Counted from the first letter of the stretch, positions 14,440 through 28,260 are shown. The stretch: DNA of 64,000 nt from Balanoglossus misakiensis (GCA_040954595.2 CM082596.2:6274791-6338790), one strand, 5' to 3'. Numbers and translations: made by a program. The notes: generated by a model from the letters alone, not told the origin.

Positions 14440-14825
14440 GGGGGACATAAATCAGAATACCTCCCATAAAGTAACACACTACAACAATAAATTGCAATGT
14501 CACCTTTTCAGGCAGGTGACGTAGACAAATTTACGCGACCGGGGAATTACATTTGCAAGATGAATGCCATCTCGGTTTATTTCATGGATACTTAATTAGA
14601 GAATATGCAGCCAGCCCTGAGCGTAACCAGATCTGACAGTTTGAAATATTACCGGTACTCTATTCTCACTCGGAATTTATTTTTATTACTTTGAGCCAGT
14701 CAACCAGTAAAATGAATGATTAGAATGAAAATAGTTATGTTCTCCATTCCGTTTACCTGCTTCTTGGTCAATATGACATTTAAAGTATGATAAAATTTCG
14801 ATTCCTCATATTTTATGCCTGATGT

Positions 14826-15074
14826 TTTTTGGTGTCTAAACAAATTGGAGCCTGTTCTAAGATTGAATAGATTGAAGTGAAAATGTCTGTGTGTGTGATT
14901 GTGCCTGTTTATGTACGGTAGTCTCTTTCCATTTGTCTGTCTGTCTGTCTCTTTGTGTCAATTGCGCTCTCTCTCTCTCTCTCTCTCTGTTTCTCTTTCT
15001 CTCTGTCTGTCGCTCTCTCTCTCGGATACACACACACACACACACACACACACTCTCTCTCTCTCTCTCTCTCT
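14826..15074 (+). repeat. Dispersed repeat copy 1 with compound (CTGT)n(CT)n(CA)n(CT)n tail
   Basis: Head tctaaacaaattggagcctgttctaagattgaa...gtgtgtg..ttgtgcctgtt...tctctttccatttg is colinear with 54313-54474. Confidence 0.8.
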
Positions 15075-15553
15075 AATTGAAGTCGTGAAACATTTGTCTT
15101 GAAGACCTTAACTTTTCATAGCTTCACAGCAAAGCTGCGGGAGAGAAACACAGTTGGAAATTGAGATGAGAAACGACTCGTCTGATGAAAACTGTCTTCG
15201 TACAGTGTCTCCCGTGAATGCAGCCTTCTCGACCGGCATTCTAATATTAAAGAGTTGCCAAGTGTGATTTATGTGAGCTGATGAGATCCAATATACAGTG
15301 TAAATTGCCCACCAGTGACTCCCATATATCTCTGTCAGTTCTTTTCATTTATAAAGTCCCAATAATTCCCCCTAGTCCCCTCCCAGCTGGCTGATGCATG
15401 CTACAGTGTACAGGCTTTGTGCATATTGCTCTAAATAGCATTCCTGCAATGCTGTAATATTTCTCTCGGTCCCTGAGCTGCTCATAGAATTTCAGCCCAA
15501 ACATTTTTGTATCTGACCCATGTATAAATGAGTGTTTATCTCTTCATCATCTT

Positions 15554-15892
15554 TTAAAGCTGTATATGTTTTGTCGTTTTCAGTGTTGTTGTTTTAACTT
15601 CTGTTCTATTGCCTGCAAGTCACCAGAATTTTCGGCTTTCTGTTTGTTAACATAAGCCTGTATATGTGGAACGGCAGTTGTTGTTATTGTTGTTGTTATT
15701 GTTGTTGACAAATGAATTCTAGTCTGCATTTAAATAAAGTTTTCTGCATACGTATAGGCAGTGTTGATAAAGCAACTAACCTAATGCATTTTAGTTCACC
15801 ATGGTTCATAGATTAAAATAGAAACTGCACTAAGTCCACACAACTAAAATACTGACAAAAATAGCCCAAAGTTTCAGTTAATAGAGCTTTAC
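15554..15892 (-). mobile_element. Degenerate short TTAA-type MITE (Kolobok/piggyBac-like ends)
   Basis: Begins ttaaagctgtat and ends atagagctttac (imperfect inverted termini). Its reverse complement shares the terminus and the core ttcatttgtcaaca with 56982-57223, and it shares ~70 bp with 19556-19625. Confidence 0.5.
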
Positions 15893-18800
15893 AAATTGCT
15901 CATAAATCATATTGGCTGTTTTGCAGAGTCTGAAAAGCAAACAATGATTGTAATTTGTGGAAGTAATTACGAGAACAAATATTTCAAAAGTGTTGAACAG
16001 CCAGTCATTAATTATGTTGGCGATAGAAATCGGGAAAGTGCCCCTCCTGACATGTTATCGTTTTTTTTTCTGTCTGGACAAGTTGAGTGTCGTCACTGTG
16101 TTTTATGATTTATGTCGTTCATTGTTATTAAGGGAGGAAGAATTTCAATAACAAATATTCAAATTCCTCTTCATATATTATCCTATTGTGTGTTTTCATT
16201 TTGGCTGTAACGAGGAAAATATTTTGGGGGAAAAAAGGATTGACTGAAAAAAATGATAGCAATGTAGACCTATACAGACTGTATATAACAGAAGAAATGT
16301 AGTTTAATAGAGATTATGTTATGTTGAGGTTTTGTTGGGGGGGGGGGGGGGATTTGGAAGACAGGGAGCATACAATGCACCAATGCTTGGATTGTACAGT
16401 ATAATTTGTCTATAAAACAATTTGTAGAGGGGAATTCCTCTTGTACCCATAATAAGAGTAGACTGTACTTTATCTGTAGTTGCAGTGTTAAAGAATCAAA
16501 AATCAGACACAACTGAAAATTAGCAACTTGGGGAAATCGATAGCAAATATCTGTGTTTTAGGCATAAAAACATATGACAGTTATTTGATTTATAGCTTGT
16601 GATTTCCAGATGTTTCGCTGCATGAATTTTTATCTCCCATCATTCAAAGTCGAGTGTCAGTTCATCATGGCAACTATCAACTCAGAGGTTAAGAAAGCCA
16701 CATTGTCTTGACTCAGCAAACCCTAAGGGTCGTAGAGAAAACACAGGATGGCTAGACTAAATATTAGTTGGGGGGAAAAGGCTCGAGGTGAAAGGTCAGA
16801 ACAATTTTGCCATACATCATTGGCAGACGGACAGTAATGAGAATGTAATGCCGATGGGTTTGAGGGTGTCTGATGGCTTTATCTGAAATGCAAGGGGCGA
16901 GGGGAGATTGATTGTGAATGACAATAGAGTCGAGGGAAAACAATGCAGTAGTGAGCAATAGCATATTCTTGAAGTGACACTTATAGACTTTGGTTGATAA
17001 GCATTCAGGTTGGACTGAGGGCTTTCTGGGGACATGGCCGTGCATAATGATTTGCTGAATAAAAAACTAAAGCTTGAGTTGACTGGCTGTGTGTATACTC
17101 ACAGGAGAGTATGATGCACTGGCAGATCCTTGGAATTGTCACTGGATAATGGAGGCAACTCTTCTGTATTGTCAAGAAAATCCACACGCACTGTGAGGGA
17201 GAAGGGGGGGGGGGGGGAAGAGGGGAGGTGGAGAGGAGAAAACTGTTTCCCCAGATGTCTGTATTGTAATGAAAAATGAAGTTGTCAAAATTGCCCAGGT
17301 TATGCAAAGTGCCATACTACGCTTAAGCTGTGAATTTGTTTTACGAGGAGCCACTTGAATATCTGTGAAGTAGAATTCCTGCTTCTGAGAATTCCTTGAT
17401 ATGGACTTCTATTAGTGCTTCAGCAGTGATGTAGGTGCATGAGGGAGTACCAGCTGTGAAGTGGTTTAACCTGCTCACCCCTATTCTTTGTGGTGCAATC
17501 TGCCAAAATAGACTAGTTTCTGAACGCGAGATCCAAACTTATGTTTTCGAGATACACTTTATAGTAACTACAGTTATAGATATCACATCACTGAGCTTTT
17601 TGTGTGATGGCGATTTCACATGTCACTGTGATCCCCATCAGATTGGAAATATAAAAATGTTTGGTGTGAATTTTTTTGTTTCACTGAAAATTATCGACCA
17701 GTGCATCAATCAGAGGCGGGGGGGGGGGGGGGGGGGGGGACCCAAATAGCTGTGCCACTCCCCAGGGCTAGGTATTTCCCAGCTTTGTGAAATGTTTTCG
17801 AGAGGGCAGCGTAGTTATGATATGGTTGCGTCTCGATCACTACGTGCCGTGGTGCACACAACACAGTTATGATTTATCTCCTGAAATTTGTCATTTATGG
17901 ACACAGAAGTGGCTGGCTCACAAGTGGTTAAAGCTGACTCGATTACGGCGGTCTTAAAACGCTGCGATATTGGCATTTTTGTGTTGTGATGGAAGTAGTT
18001 AATACGGCCGTCGAGTAAATGATACTACGCGAGTTATTATTAGAATCGCAGAGTAATGTATCCTGCTGGAGTTATGCTTGTGTTCTTGAGGATTTTTTAA
18101 ATTTATACCGATTTTGATGTTTTTGCCCAAAACAAAAAGAAACTTCTTATTGTAGTGTGTTCACATGAGACAGTTTATGTCGTTCCTGCATTGGTTTCAA
18201 GTCAGTTCACAATACCAAATGCATGTGTGCTATATGTCGGACATGAACTAGATTAATGTGGTCCAGGTATTGAGGGTGGGGCTAGGGTTAGGTTTAGTCC
18301 CATATTATAGGGTGATATATACCAATAATCACAAACTCTGTTTTCGGATTTATTTGACATAATTATGGTCTTTAAAAAATTGTCATAATTATTGAATCAT
18401 AGGACATACTGATCTGTGAATTAATTGGCCTGTACAAGATGTGTCCACAGTCAAATCCAAAGGGGGCTTCTTATGGCATAGTGCAGTGTATAATCTCCTT
18501 GAAAGTGGCCCTCCCCCTGGAATAAACGTGACTGTTCCCTGAACAGACACCGGTAATACATTAGTGACCAATTATCAGGAAGCAGTGAGTGCTGTTTTGT
18601 TTCAGGGCAATGTGTCTTGTCAGGTGGAAGCAATGAAGTATATACTTGGTGATAAAGCAGCGATTAAAGGGACAGAATTACTGTCTTTTGATTTTATTTG
18701 TGTGGCTTGTTCATTCTCTGAAAACACAGGTATATGGAATTTATTGACTTCAAAGGGGGCGTGTTCTGTTAAAGGGATACAGTCATCTGTAATTTGTGTA

Positions 18801-19555
18801 TCCCCATATAAGGTTAAAATGGCTTGTCTAAGTGTCATAAGACCATATGGTGGGTGAACCCTTTTACTTGGCCACCCAAGTGAAAATCCTTGAGTGGCTA
18901 GATCTCCCCTTACCATGGTAACGGTGACTAGTTTGCATAGTTGTCGGCACACCTTTAATAGGTTAATGAGTTTATGGTACGCACCAGAAATTATGTCATT
19001 TTAGGAGTGACCTATTTCTGTGTGTATTTAGAGCAGAGCTGTGACAATCAATGAATATGCATGTTTCAATGAGCAAATCAACTTATCATAATACAGAAAT
19101 AATGCGGAATTAATCATGATTTTCTGCATCCAAGTTTCTAACTAGAATCAGCTAGTATTTGTGACATATAGTTCAATCATGTTTAACTAAAGGTTTAGGA
19201 TGAACCTAGAGGGTACATGTACATCATGGTACCAGGTGGCCGTGGAGGATGATGGCCCTCTCTGCCTTATCAGTTTCAACTAATGAGGTGGTTGACCTTA
19301 AATCATATTTGTGTAATGTGATGTGTCGTTAAATATCAGGTTCTGGGTGACCTCCAAGGTGTATTAGACATCTTTTTCGCATTTGGGTCGCCGATATTGG
19401 CACCACGTTGTCTGCAAGGGCAATTGAGTGTGGATGGATATTAGCCACATTAACTAGACAGGGATACGGATGTGTGTGAGCTGTGACTTTGGCTTTTTTG
19501 TCAGTTTCTTGTTTGATTCTGTAAGGCATGCTAAAATGCCAGTGTAATGCTTTTG

Positions 19556-19625
19556 AACATAGCCTGTGTATGTTGAACAATTGTTGTTATTGTTGACCAA
19601 TAAATTTTAGTCTGAACTTGAATTC
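19556..19625 (-). mobile_element. Internal fragment of the same MITE family
   Basis: aacatagcctgtgtatgttgaac..ttgttgttattgttgaccaataaattttagtctg aligns with 15649-15726 (aacataagcctgtatatgtggaac...ttgttgacaaatgaattctagtctg). Confidence 0.55.
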
Positions 19626-22600
19626 AATTTATGATCCAAGTAATAAGTGCTTTAATACTCTGCACTGTTGTTCAGTTAAGATATTAAGGTTGTGGAAATC
19701 AACTTAGATTTGAGATCTGTTTGCTTCAACTGTGTCCTATACATACCTCAGCCCCACCCCTCCCCATTCTGTGTAATGTTCTCCATACCAGGCAAGACAG
19801 ATGTATTTATTTTGGTGTAGTCTATTATAATTTTTTATGACTCTGAGGTTGAGAGGTTAAACTTATATCATTGCAAGCAAATAAAAAGCAATCGACCTGA
19901 ACTAAAAAGATATCGACTCATCGAGCTCACAGCAGCAGACATTGATCTTGTAATAATCGACCACGACACCGACTCGCCGATGACTGAAAACTAGAACATG
20001 GAGTTGGTTCTCTGTTAGTGCCTATCAGTGCATTGTTTTGTTGTGTTTGTCTGAGCGTGTACTAGACAAGCTCTAACCTTTACCGGTACGCTATCGTGCT
20101 TGGGTTTTAAGGGGCTCGTGTTTTGGATGTTGCGGTCGGCGCGTACCTGCCCGCAGGAAACCAGAGGTCAGAGGTTAATTGGTTCCCTGGTCCTGGTCAA
20201 TTGTCGACTGAAACACTTCACACTGTCTGTGGTGAACTGTGAGACACAGTTGCCTGCATTTATTTGTACCTGCCAATATTTAAAAAAGCAGAATAAATAG
20301 GCCGTGAGCCTAAAGCCGAGATCACTCCTCTGATGTCACCTGCAAAGCTATTTGTGGACGTCATTATCATACCCATACTGTAATTAAGGCCACTAAGTAG
20401 ATAACCTAAGAAAGTCCCATAAAGCGATTTAGTTGGGAATGAAAGGCCTTTTCAGTCTGTCCGACTTGTTAATCTCATTATGCAGTGGTTGTCCTGCTAA
20501 CCAGCTGTAATTGCTTCTCCAGTCCGCTCCATTGTCTCCGGTATTTTTTGTTTTTTGTCAGATGCAAATGTGTCATACATCTAATTGTCGCTGAATAAAG
20601 TTGGTTTGTCAGTTTGTGGAGAGTCGCTGGATGTGTTAATGGGTGCTTTAATTAAGAGGATTGGGGTTATACTGAAGGTGTTTTGGCACGTTTGAAGTGG
20701 ATGCCGATGTTTATGCCGTTTCCCAGAAACTAGATTAAGTTTTGAAATCGCTGAAAGTGTAGGAAATGTTGATAAATGTCGTCAGTGTTTGTCATGATAG
20801 GTGTACCTTGTTTTGACTTTATCATAGCTGACAATTGTCATTTGCTGAATTAATGTAGGTTTGCTCAACAAAATATCATAAGCACTGCTGTTTATATGGC
20901 GAATAATTGGCAGCAATCAAATTACGTCGAGTTGAACAGGAACTGTCCCGAAATATCATGTGGACCAGAGAGACTACTGGATACGTTCCGTTGAAGATTC
21001 TACTCACGTCTACTGCTTATCTTAGCCATGTTGGTTATCAAACGTAGTCATTGAACGCTACACAATAAAATATTCCTACACAATGTGGCATTCGTGCACA
21101 ATCCCAGAATCCAGTCTATTGTCATGGTTTTCAGCACCTTTTTGGTTGTGTAACAGTGGGAGCTTATGCGTCTGTCGCCTGCCTGTCTGTCTGTCTGTCT
21201 GTATATATATCCATCCAATGCAAAAACTTGCAGCTCATGCTCACAATTTCATATTCGTACTGTGTAATGAGATATTCTGCATTCAATATTACCAATACCA
21301 GATAGAAAGACAGTCATTTAAATTTCAGTCACTCAGTAGTTCTTGTCAGGAAAAACCCCACATAGCCACTGTATTGATGTACTTCTAAACGACAACAAGC
21401 CCTTGTTTGTCAACAACAATGTAGCTGTTCTCAATGGTAGCTATTTTCGTGTCAGCACTGAATTATAGAGGCATGGGTCAAAACTTGGCCCGTGTCCCAC
21501 TCAGTGGCAGCAATCAGAGAGACGACTTAAAATACACTCGGACAAATTAGCTCACACAGTGGGTATATCGGATGAGGTCGTATCAGTGAATGGGACCCAG
21601 TTGGCACGGCGATAACCCAACACCGTCTGTTGACCCCTGATGACACACTCTGTCCATAGCAGGAATTCTTCAACCCTGCAGGGAGTGTGTGTGTGTGTGT
21701 TGGCTGGGACATTGAGAGGAGAGAAGAAAAAAACGAGTTGTGTGTTTGGCGAGAAACAAAAACGGTTCAATTATCCCATCTTGCTGCAATTTTCATCAGT
21801 TTCTGCCCCAAGTTTCATGGATTTTCAAAACAAACTGTTTAAATTGTTCCGGCTATCACAAAAGTAACTGATGCATACTAAAACCCCAGGCAATGTTGTT
21901 GTACCAATGCTACCAATATATTTTATAAGCATACATTTCATTAAATAAAACACCTACCGGTGCTTTAGTGTTATGACAAATTTATGATTTCTTTAAATGT
22001 GACTTTTTAAATTGAAAATTGTGTTTTACATTTTCTGCATTTTTAAATAATTGAAGGTATAATCCCAATTTCGTCTGTTGTGTCCTGCTTGAGGTAATGC
22101 TATAATGATTCCTTGTTGATAAATAATTCTTTTTTTTTCAAAATTTAATCTGCTTCATGCCATTGTAAACTGCACACAGTCATTCAAAGAAAACACAGGA
22201 TCTTCACTGCAGTACGGGCATTGTGACTGCTTATAATAGTTTTCAAGAGTGTGTTAATATGTTATCATTCAAAGCGTTCACATGTCTTTGAGTGTTAATG
22301 GAAGCATGAAGGAACTGTCCAGAGGCTTCTGTAGGCAATTTGCTTGAAATATTACGGAGGGTGAAACAGTCACCAGTTCTTATGTCAAGCGATCTCGCGG
22401 AGAAGTGCGATTATAGCCACATGCATTCCGGCATATCCGTCCCAATGGTTCCTGCAGCGTATGTACACGGCATGATTCTTTGAAGGAGTCTTGTAGCATT
22501 TTTTTATTCTGTGTACTATCACTCGGTGCATGTAGCCATGTATCCCACAGTGCTCTTTGCTGGGTGTGACATGATCAGCATGTCGAACACCGATAATGGC

Positions 22601-22954
22601 TCGATGTGTCAGGGTTTTTTTTTTCTTTTTATTCACAAACAATGTCCTGTCTTGGCAAGTTAAGAATCTATACCCATGCCAGAGAAATTTCAAATGCCAT
22701 CAGAGGTGTATATACATGTAGAATGCGTGGAGAGTTGATATCAATGTAAAATGGCTGGAGCTGAAGATCAGGAGCTGTTTGCCTGATCAACGAGCTCTAA
22801 GTATATACTGGTAAATGACAGTGTCACTATCGACTGATAAAATGAAAGAGTTGTCTATAGAGACCTAGTCCTAGGACAGACGAGATGGTTCAGTTGTTCG
22901 AAAGTTGACTAAATTTGATGTGTGACCGTTGTTTTTTTTCTGTTTTCTTCGCAG

Positions 22955-25919
22955 CAACGGGTGCTATGTGCATAGAACTGGGAAGTGCACAAAGAGACAA
23001 GAACTGATAAAATGTCATGATCACCAGCAAACGATGTTGTTGGTGCCAGAGTATTTGCCTGCATCAGTCTTGCCTTGGGGGAAGAAGCAAGTCTTCACTG
23101 TTAATTGTTGGCAGTGAGTTGGATGAGATACAGTCTGGATGAAACAAGAAAACCATTTCCAGTCTGTCTGTCTGGAGATGACCAGAACTGTATCTATGGT
23201 TGCAATGTAGCACTTTGCACCAACTGTGCTGTCGTCAGACGAGACAGCTTCAACTTAGCTCTACCCTGGATGGCGTGAGACAAGCCAGGTTCAACTGGGC
23301 TCCTCCATCCAGCGCTTAATTTTGATGCTTACGTCTTTAAGTACCGGTAGATGCCACCTTGCTTTCACTTGATGTATAAAAAAAAATATTTACAGTGTGG
23401 TACTTGTAAGCGAACAGTGGAAAACAATTGAAGTTTGCTTTCGCCAAAGAAATCCGGTCCAATCTCACTGTTGAATGTTGTGAGTTCCTACCGAGCATCT
23501 GCCGAATCACCTTTGTGTGTTGATGAGAACGCGACACACGTGATGCCAGTGATCAAATCTCATATCTGACTTAACTGGATGAGCAGTGTTGGCATTTGTC
23601 AATATCAAAACTTGATTTTGATGCATCGACTCAAGGATGTCACATCTCGAAAGTGGTGCAGTATACATGTATCTACTCAGAAGAACACCCCAAAACTGAA
23701 GAGATTCTGGTTAAAATTGGGGTTTATTATTTCCAGCGATAGTTGTTTTGCACAGCAAAGACCCAGCAACAGGGAAGCCTATCTCTACAGCCGATTTTAA
23801 TCGCATTGATCTAAGCTGTGTAGTTCGTACTACATGAAGGGTATTGCTTTCACATACCAAAGAAATCACAGTGCAAGACAACTTACAAGTCATCAGAAAT
23901 TTGGATGAATTCATAACGTTAATAAAAAAAAACTACCTTTTCGTGATAGACTGCCTATGACCGAAAAGTTGTTTATATGACTTTCTGACTCTAGAAGTAG
24001 TTCATTTTTGTAAAACATTTGCAAATATTTCACCACACACACACAAACAATTATAGCTTACACTTTTTTTTCTTATGAGAAATGTGAAGATGTTATAAAT
24101 ATTCATCATAAGTGTGGAGGATTTCTTTTTCTCTTTGGGAATGGTTAATGGATGGCACATTTTAATTGTCATCTCAGCCGCAAGACTTGTATTATACACA
24201 AATTTTAAAACCGAACATTTTCTGAAAAAAAATTAGTGTATTCAAGAGTTTTGGAAATTTTAGGTGCTTCAAGTGCAATTTTATTGGAAATGTTTCCTTT
24301 TTTTCATATTTACTGGAAAGGTCCACGGTACTTTGATTGAGCAAGTGTGGGTGTGCTTGGGGTGAATCTGGTGCTGAAAATGTAAAAAATAAGTATGATC
24401 TGATATTGTAGTCTGATAAAGATATCTTTTTTTTGTGAACAAATTTCAGATGGATGTCGAGTGTGCTTTATAGTGCTAAACTATCTTAATATTGAAAAAT
24501 TGTCTGGTTTCTGAAAGTGGTTTACTAGTATCCTGCCAAGATAATTTTATTGATTCAGAAAGTATTGTCAGTAAATTAATGTGCACATTCAGTTGAAAAT
24601 CCATGATATTTTCAGTTTCAAAAACACCTATATATGCACTTTAATTATAGTCCGTAAAAATTTAAATACTCAAGCACGCTGTCCTTAAAAGGTTCTTTTA
24701 CAAAAGATGAGGTGGTGTTTTTGGTAAAACTGCTCTGAAATTTTATGCTTGAGGTTTATGTCAAAAATTCTAAACTAACAGTCCCTTGTTTGTGCTTAGT
24801 TTCCTGAAGAGTGCAGTCGCACTTAAAGAAAAGAATCTCCTTGTTATTCGGTATATAGAAACTAAAAGTAAGAAATTTAAAGAAAGCATGAACAAAAGTC
24901 ATCTGACCGTTTACCTTTGATATCTATATTAAAAAAATAATGACCTTTATTGATTATTTCATGAAACACCTTAATTTGAATTCTAATTCCAAGCTTTTTT
25001 GTTACAATCCAGCAATGCACCTTACAATACAAAATCAGTAAGCTTATTAACTGACCCTGTCATGACCTTTATTTACTGGAAGTTGGCCCATTTACACAAA
25101 CAGAAAGGCAACTAAAATTTTCATATAGTTACTGTCGCCAGATGATTTTGCAACCCAGTTTCATGTAGTTAATCACAGGTGGTCGATTAATAATAGCAAA
25201 TCCTAATTATTTAATAATTATAAAAATAAAAAAATGCGCTAGGTGTGATAATATCTGGAATAGTATTGTTATCCGTATATTGTACATCGAACTTACAAGG
25301 TCTGTTTCCGTCACTCATAGTTTATATTTTATTTTATTTTTTATTTTATTATATATTTTTCTGTAACAGTTTCTTTTGTATTTATAGTCGTGTGGTTTAT
25401 TTTTCAACACTGTGCATGAACAGGGTTGGTGGTGGTCATCCCCATTCACTCAGAAAATGGTTTAATCCTCCAAGGGAATACCGGTTTCGTATAAGTTGTC
25501 GAGGGGGTTGACAGCATCTCTGGAGTTAACATGCATTTACCGTGAAACCCTGTCTACTTCATAGCTAACTTATCGTGTGAGTGCTGACCAGGGTAGAGTT
25601 TTTGGCTTTAGTTTATGATGGTTCATTCAGAACAAACTTGAGAAAACTCACCGAGGATATTTATAGAGTTTTCCTCACATCGTTGATGCACTGTCTTTGT
25701 TTATTTATTCCTGATACTTGTAGTTTGCATCTGTTTGTGGTTCATTTTGTTTCAAAGCTGAAGGATGCTTTCGATCAATAAATTATCTTGATACAAAATT
25801 GAAACGAGTTGAAGTTTCCATAGTTTTGGATTATAACAGGCGTCATAGTGATATAATGTGTTGGGAAAGTTATGATCTTTGAACTTTCACTCGGCATGCT
25901 GTGAATGCTGATAAATAAA
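22955..25919 (+). other. Candidate non-coding terminal (3'UTR) exon, tentatively of the CDK14/15 gene
   Basis: Strong acceptor gttgttttttttctgttttcttcgcag ends at 22954, with branch-like ttgactaa/gtgac upstream. No credible ORF follows, the sequence is UTR-like and AT-rich, and AATAAA occurs at 23921, 25225, 25777 and 25914. Gene assignment and 3' end are inference. Confidence 0.35.
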
Positions 25920-26206
25920 CATCACTTTTGGGGGAAAAAATCCAATCTCAACAGGTGTGTCCTATATTTCTGTTCGATCCAGGTCAAATTTCAAAATTAT
26001 TAGCTGTCCTGTTTGACGACTCTCAGGTTTACATTCTCCCCACGTCCCACCCAGTGCTACGCGCAATAAAGTTTGAATAATGTGTCATGCTTGATCAGGG
26101 CTGGTGTTATACAGCCTTGCGTGTCTTAAATCATGCGGGGGGAACTTAACAGACCACCTCGCTGACTAACCTCACCTGTGATAGGGCCAGCAGGTCTCAT
26201 GGGGGA

Positions 26207-26229
26207 TCACGTGACACCATACAGCCAAT
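26207..26229 (+). promoter_or_regulatory. E-box + CCAAT composite (USF/NF-Y-like), 2.3 kb upstream of the fz ATG
   Basis: TCACGTGAC 26207-26215, then cagCCAATcag with CCAAT at 26225-26229; 11 nt from hexamer to CCAAT. Confidence 0.4.
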
Positions 26230-26773
26230 CAGACGACTTCTTGTTTACCGTGTTTAAACGGGGTACCGGTTCACAATACCTCTGTGGAAACCTGGACCAT
26301 AAAAACGGCTCGTAATAAATTTAAATTGGAGAAAATTTGTTGTAGAGATCTGTTAGACAAATCAGATTTGTTTGTACCAGATACCATTAACAATGGTGCT
26401 CGTATGCGCGAAGTTAATTTAAATGAATCTGTTGAACAAATGTTGCATACTAAATAATATGAGAAAAGTGGTACAAGGACAATTTTCCTGTTACTATAGA
26501 CACACGTGCTTGGCACTTTGACTTCATACTAGTAGCCATTTATTGCCTACTTCAGAAACTGTTTAACACTACTCTTGAAAGTTATTAAGTGGAATTGCCC
26601 ATCGCGCACCGGCAAACTGAGAATCTCATAATTTCTCTACATCCTTGCCTATTTCATGGAGAGACATGTATTTGAGGCAGGATCTCTTTAGAGAAGAAAT
26701 ACTTGTTGGATATTAAATACAATGTAAAAACTCCACATAAAAAGATTAATACCTGCACTTGCAAAAGCTTTCT

Positions 26774-26853
26774 GTGTGTTTGTGTGTGTGTGTGTCTGTC
26801 TGTGTGTCTCTGGTCTCACACACACACACACACGCGCGCGCGCACGCGCGCAC
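26774..26853. repeat. (TG)n ... (CA)n(CG)n alternating purine-pyrimidine tract
   Basis: gtgtgtttgtgtgtgtgtgtgt...cacacacacacacacacgcgcgcgcgcacgcgcgcaca. Confidence 0.85.
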
Positions 26854-28099
26854 AAACACATGTTTTGGCTAATAGGAGTAGTTTGTTGTGGTTTTAAACA
26901 ACAACAAAACCATGCAGTATTTTTTTCTGACTGTTTCATCGCAGATTGTTTTAACTTCCCAACTTTTGGTTACAGCGCCACCTATCAGGCGCAGTGTGGT
27001 GAGGATTTCTTTCCGCGATTTCACCGACCGGGATCACGAACAGTCGGGTTCAAATTGCATTTGTGCTTTCTGCCTTTTATTGTCATAACTACCAGTACAT
27101 TCTCAACCAAGAGCAGAAAAACTGTATGTGGGACACGGTATTGTCATGCATGATCTGGGAATAGGGTCTATCTCTCTCGGTCACTAACCCAAACTTAAGA
27201 AATGCCATTTCTGTGACTGAATATGCAGGGAGAAAGTGTTACCGTGGTTACCACCGTTAGTTCATTCATTCTTTGACCAGGTGCTGCTGCTTGCTACGTA
27301 GTTAGTCACATCCCCGGGCTAAATGGCCCATCTACCCCCAGCGATTAGATAATTGTATTTAATTGCATATTAATTTAGAACGTAATTATCAGGCTGGCTG
27401 TGCTTCCAATGCACTGACCCCAAAACGCGCCGAATTTCACGTCTCACTGGCCAATCTGTAAGGCTCTTGTTGACAAACGCTAAGCATATGAGGACTTGAT
27501 AGGGTTTCACGAGGGGTTTCAACACAATGGGTATATTGGGATACTTCAGGGGGAAATGTTTTCGCGCTGTACCAACTGGTGTAAAACTTTTTCTGCCGAC
27601 TGCGACTTTAAGATTTTGGTTTTGGTCCAGGCACACGTGGTAAACCGTCAGTGGTGCTTTTAAGCGCTAATTGACGCGCACACCGCTTTTTCCACCCACA
27701 CAAAAGTTCTGAGCCACTGTGGTCCATACACGATTATTCCGAAATCTTATCAATTGCTTGTCTTTTCTACTTCAGTCAAGTGTGTGGATAATGAAGGTTC
27801 TGTTCTGCGCAGCTCCGCAGACAGTGGTGAATTAAGCGCTCAAGTAATGTGTGTTGTCGATTTCAACATAAGTTTATTTCAATTTCAAAGACAGTAATAC
27901 GTTTCATTTCCATTTCGGATATATCCAGCTACCATTTTTCCCATTAATTTCCATTACCCCGTTCTTTGGTCCGTAGGTAAAGTGTTTGACATAAATATAA
28001 AAACTTCAATCCCACGAAGTTTTTTTTTTTCCCGGAGGGAGGTAGTGTTTGGCGACAGGCATCTATTTCTATTAGCACTTAATTAAGATATTTATCTGA

Positions 28100-28260
28100 A
28101 TTCCAGCCAATGGGAGCGAAGATAGGTTGTCATGTGACATGAATTCCAACACTGGTTGGTTGAAATGTAACTACTGTCCTTTGCAAGGTTTCACGCACTC
28201 CGTATGTGTGTGTGTTCTGAAACAGCGATAGAAATTCGCGACACTTCAAAAAATATCGAA
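28100..28260 (+). promoter_or_regulatory. Probable proximal promoter/TSS region of fz1/2/7
   Basis: cagCCAATggg (28107-28111) and near-palindromic GTCATGTGAC (28129-28138), followed by a shift to CpG-rich sequence running into the CDS. The exact TSS cannot be determined. Confidence 0.45.
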
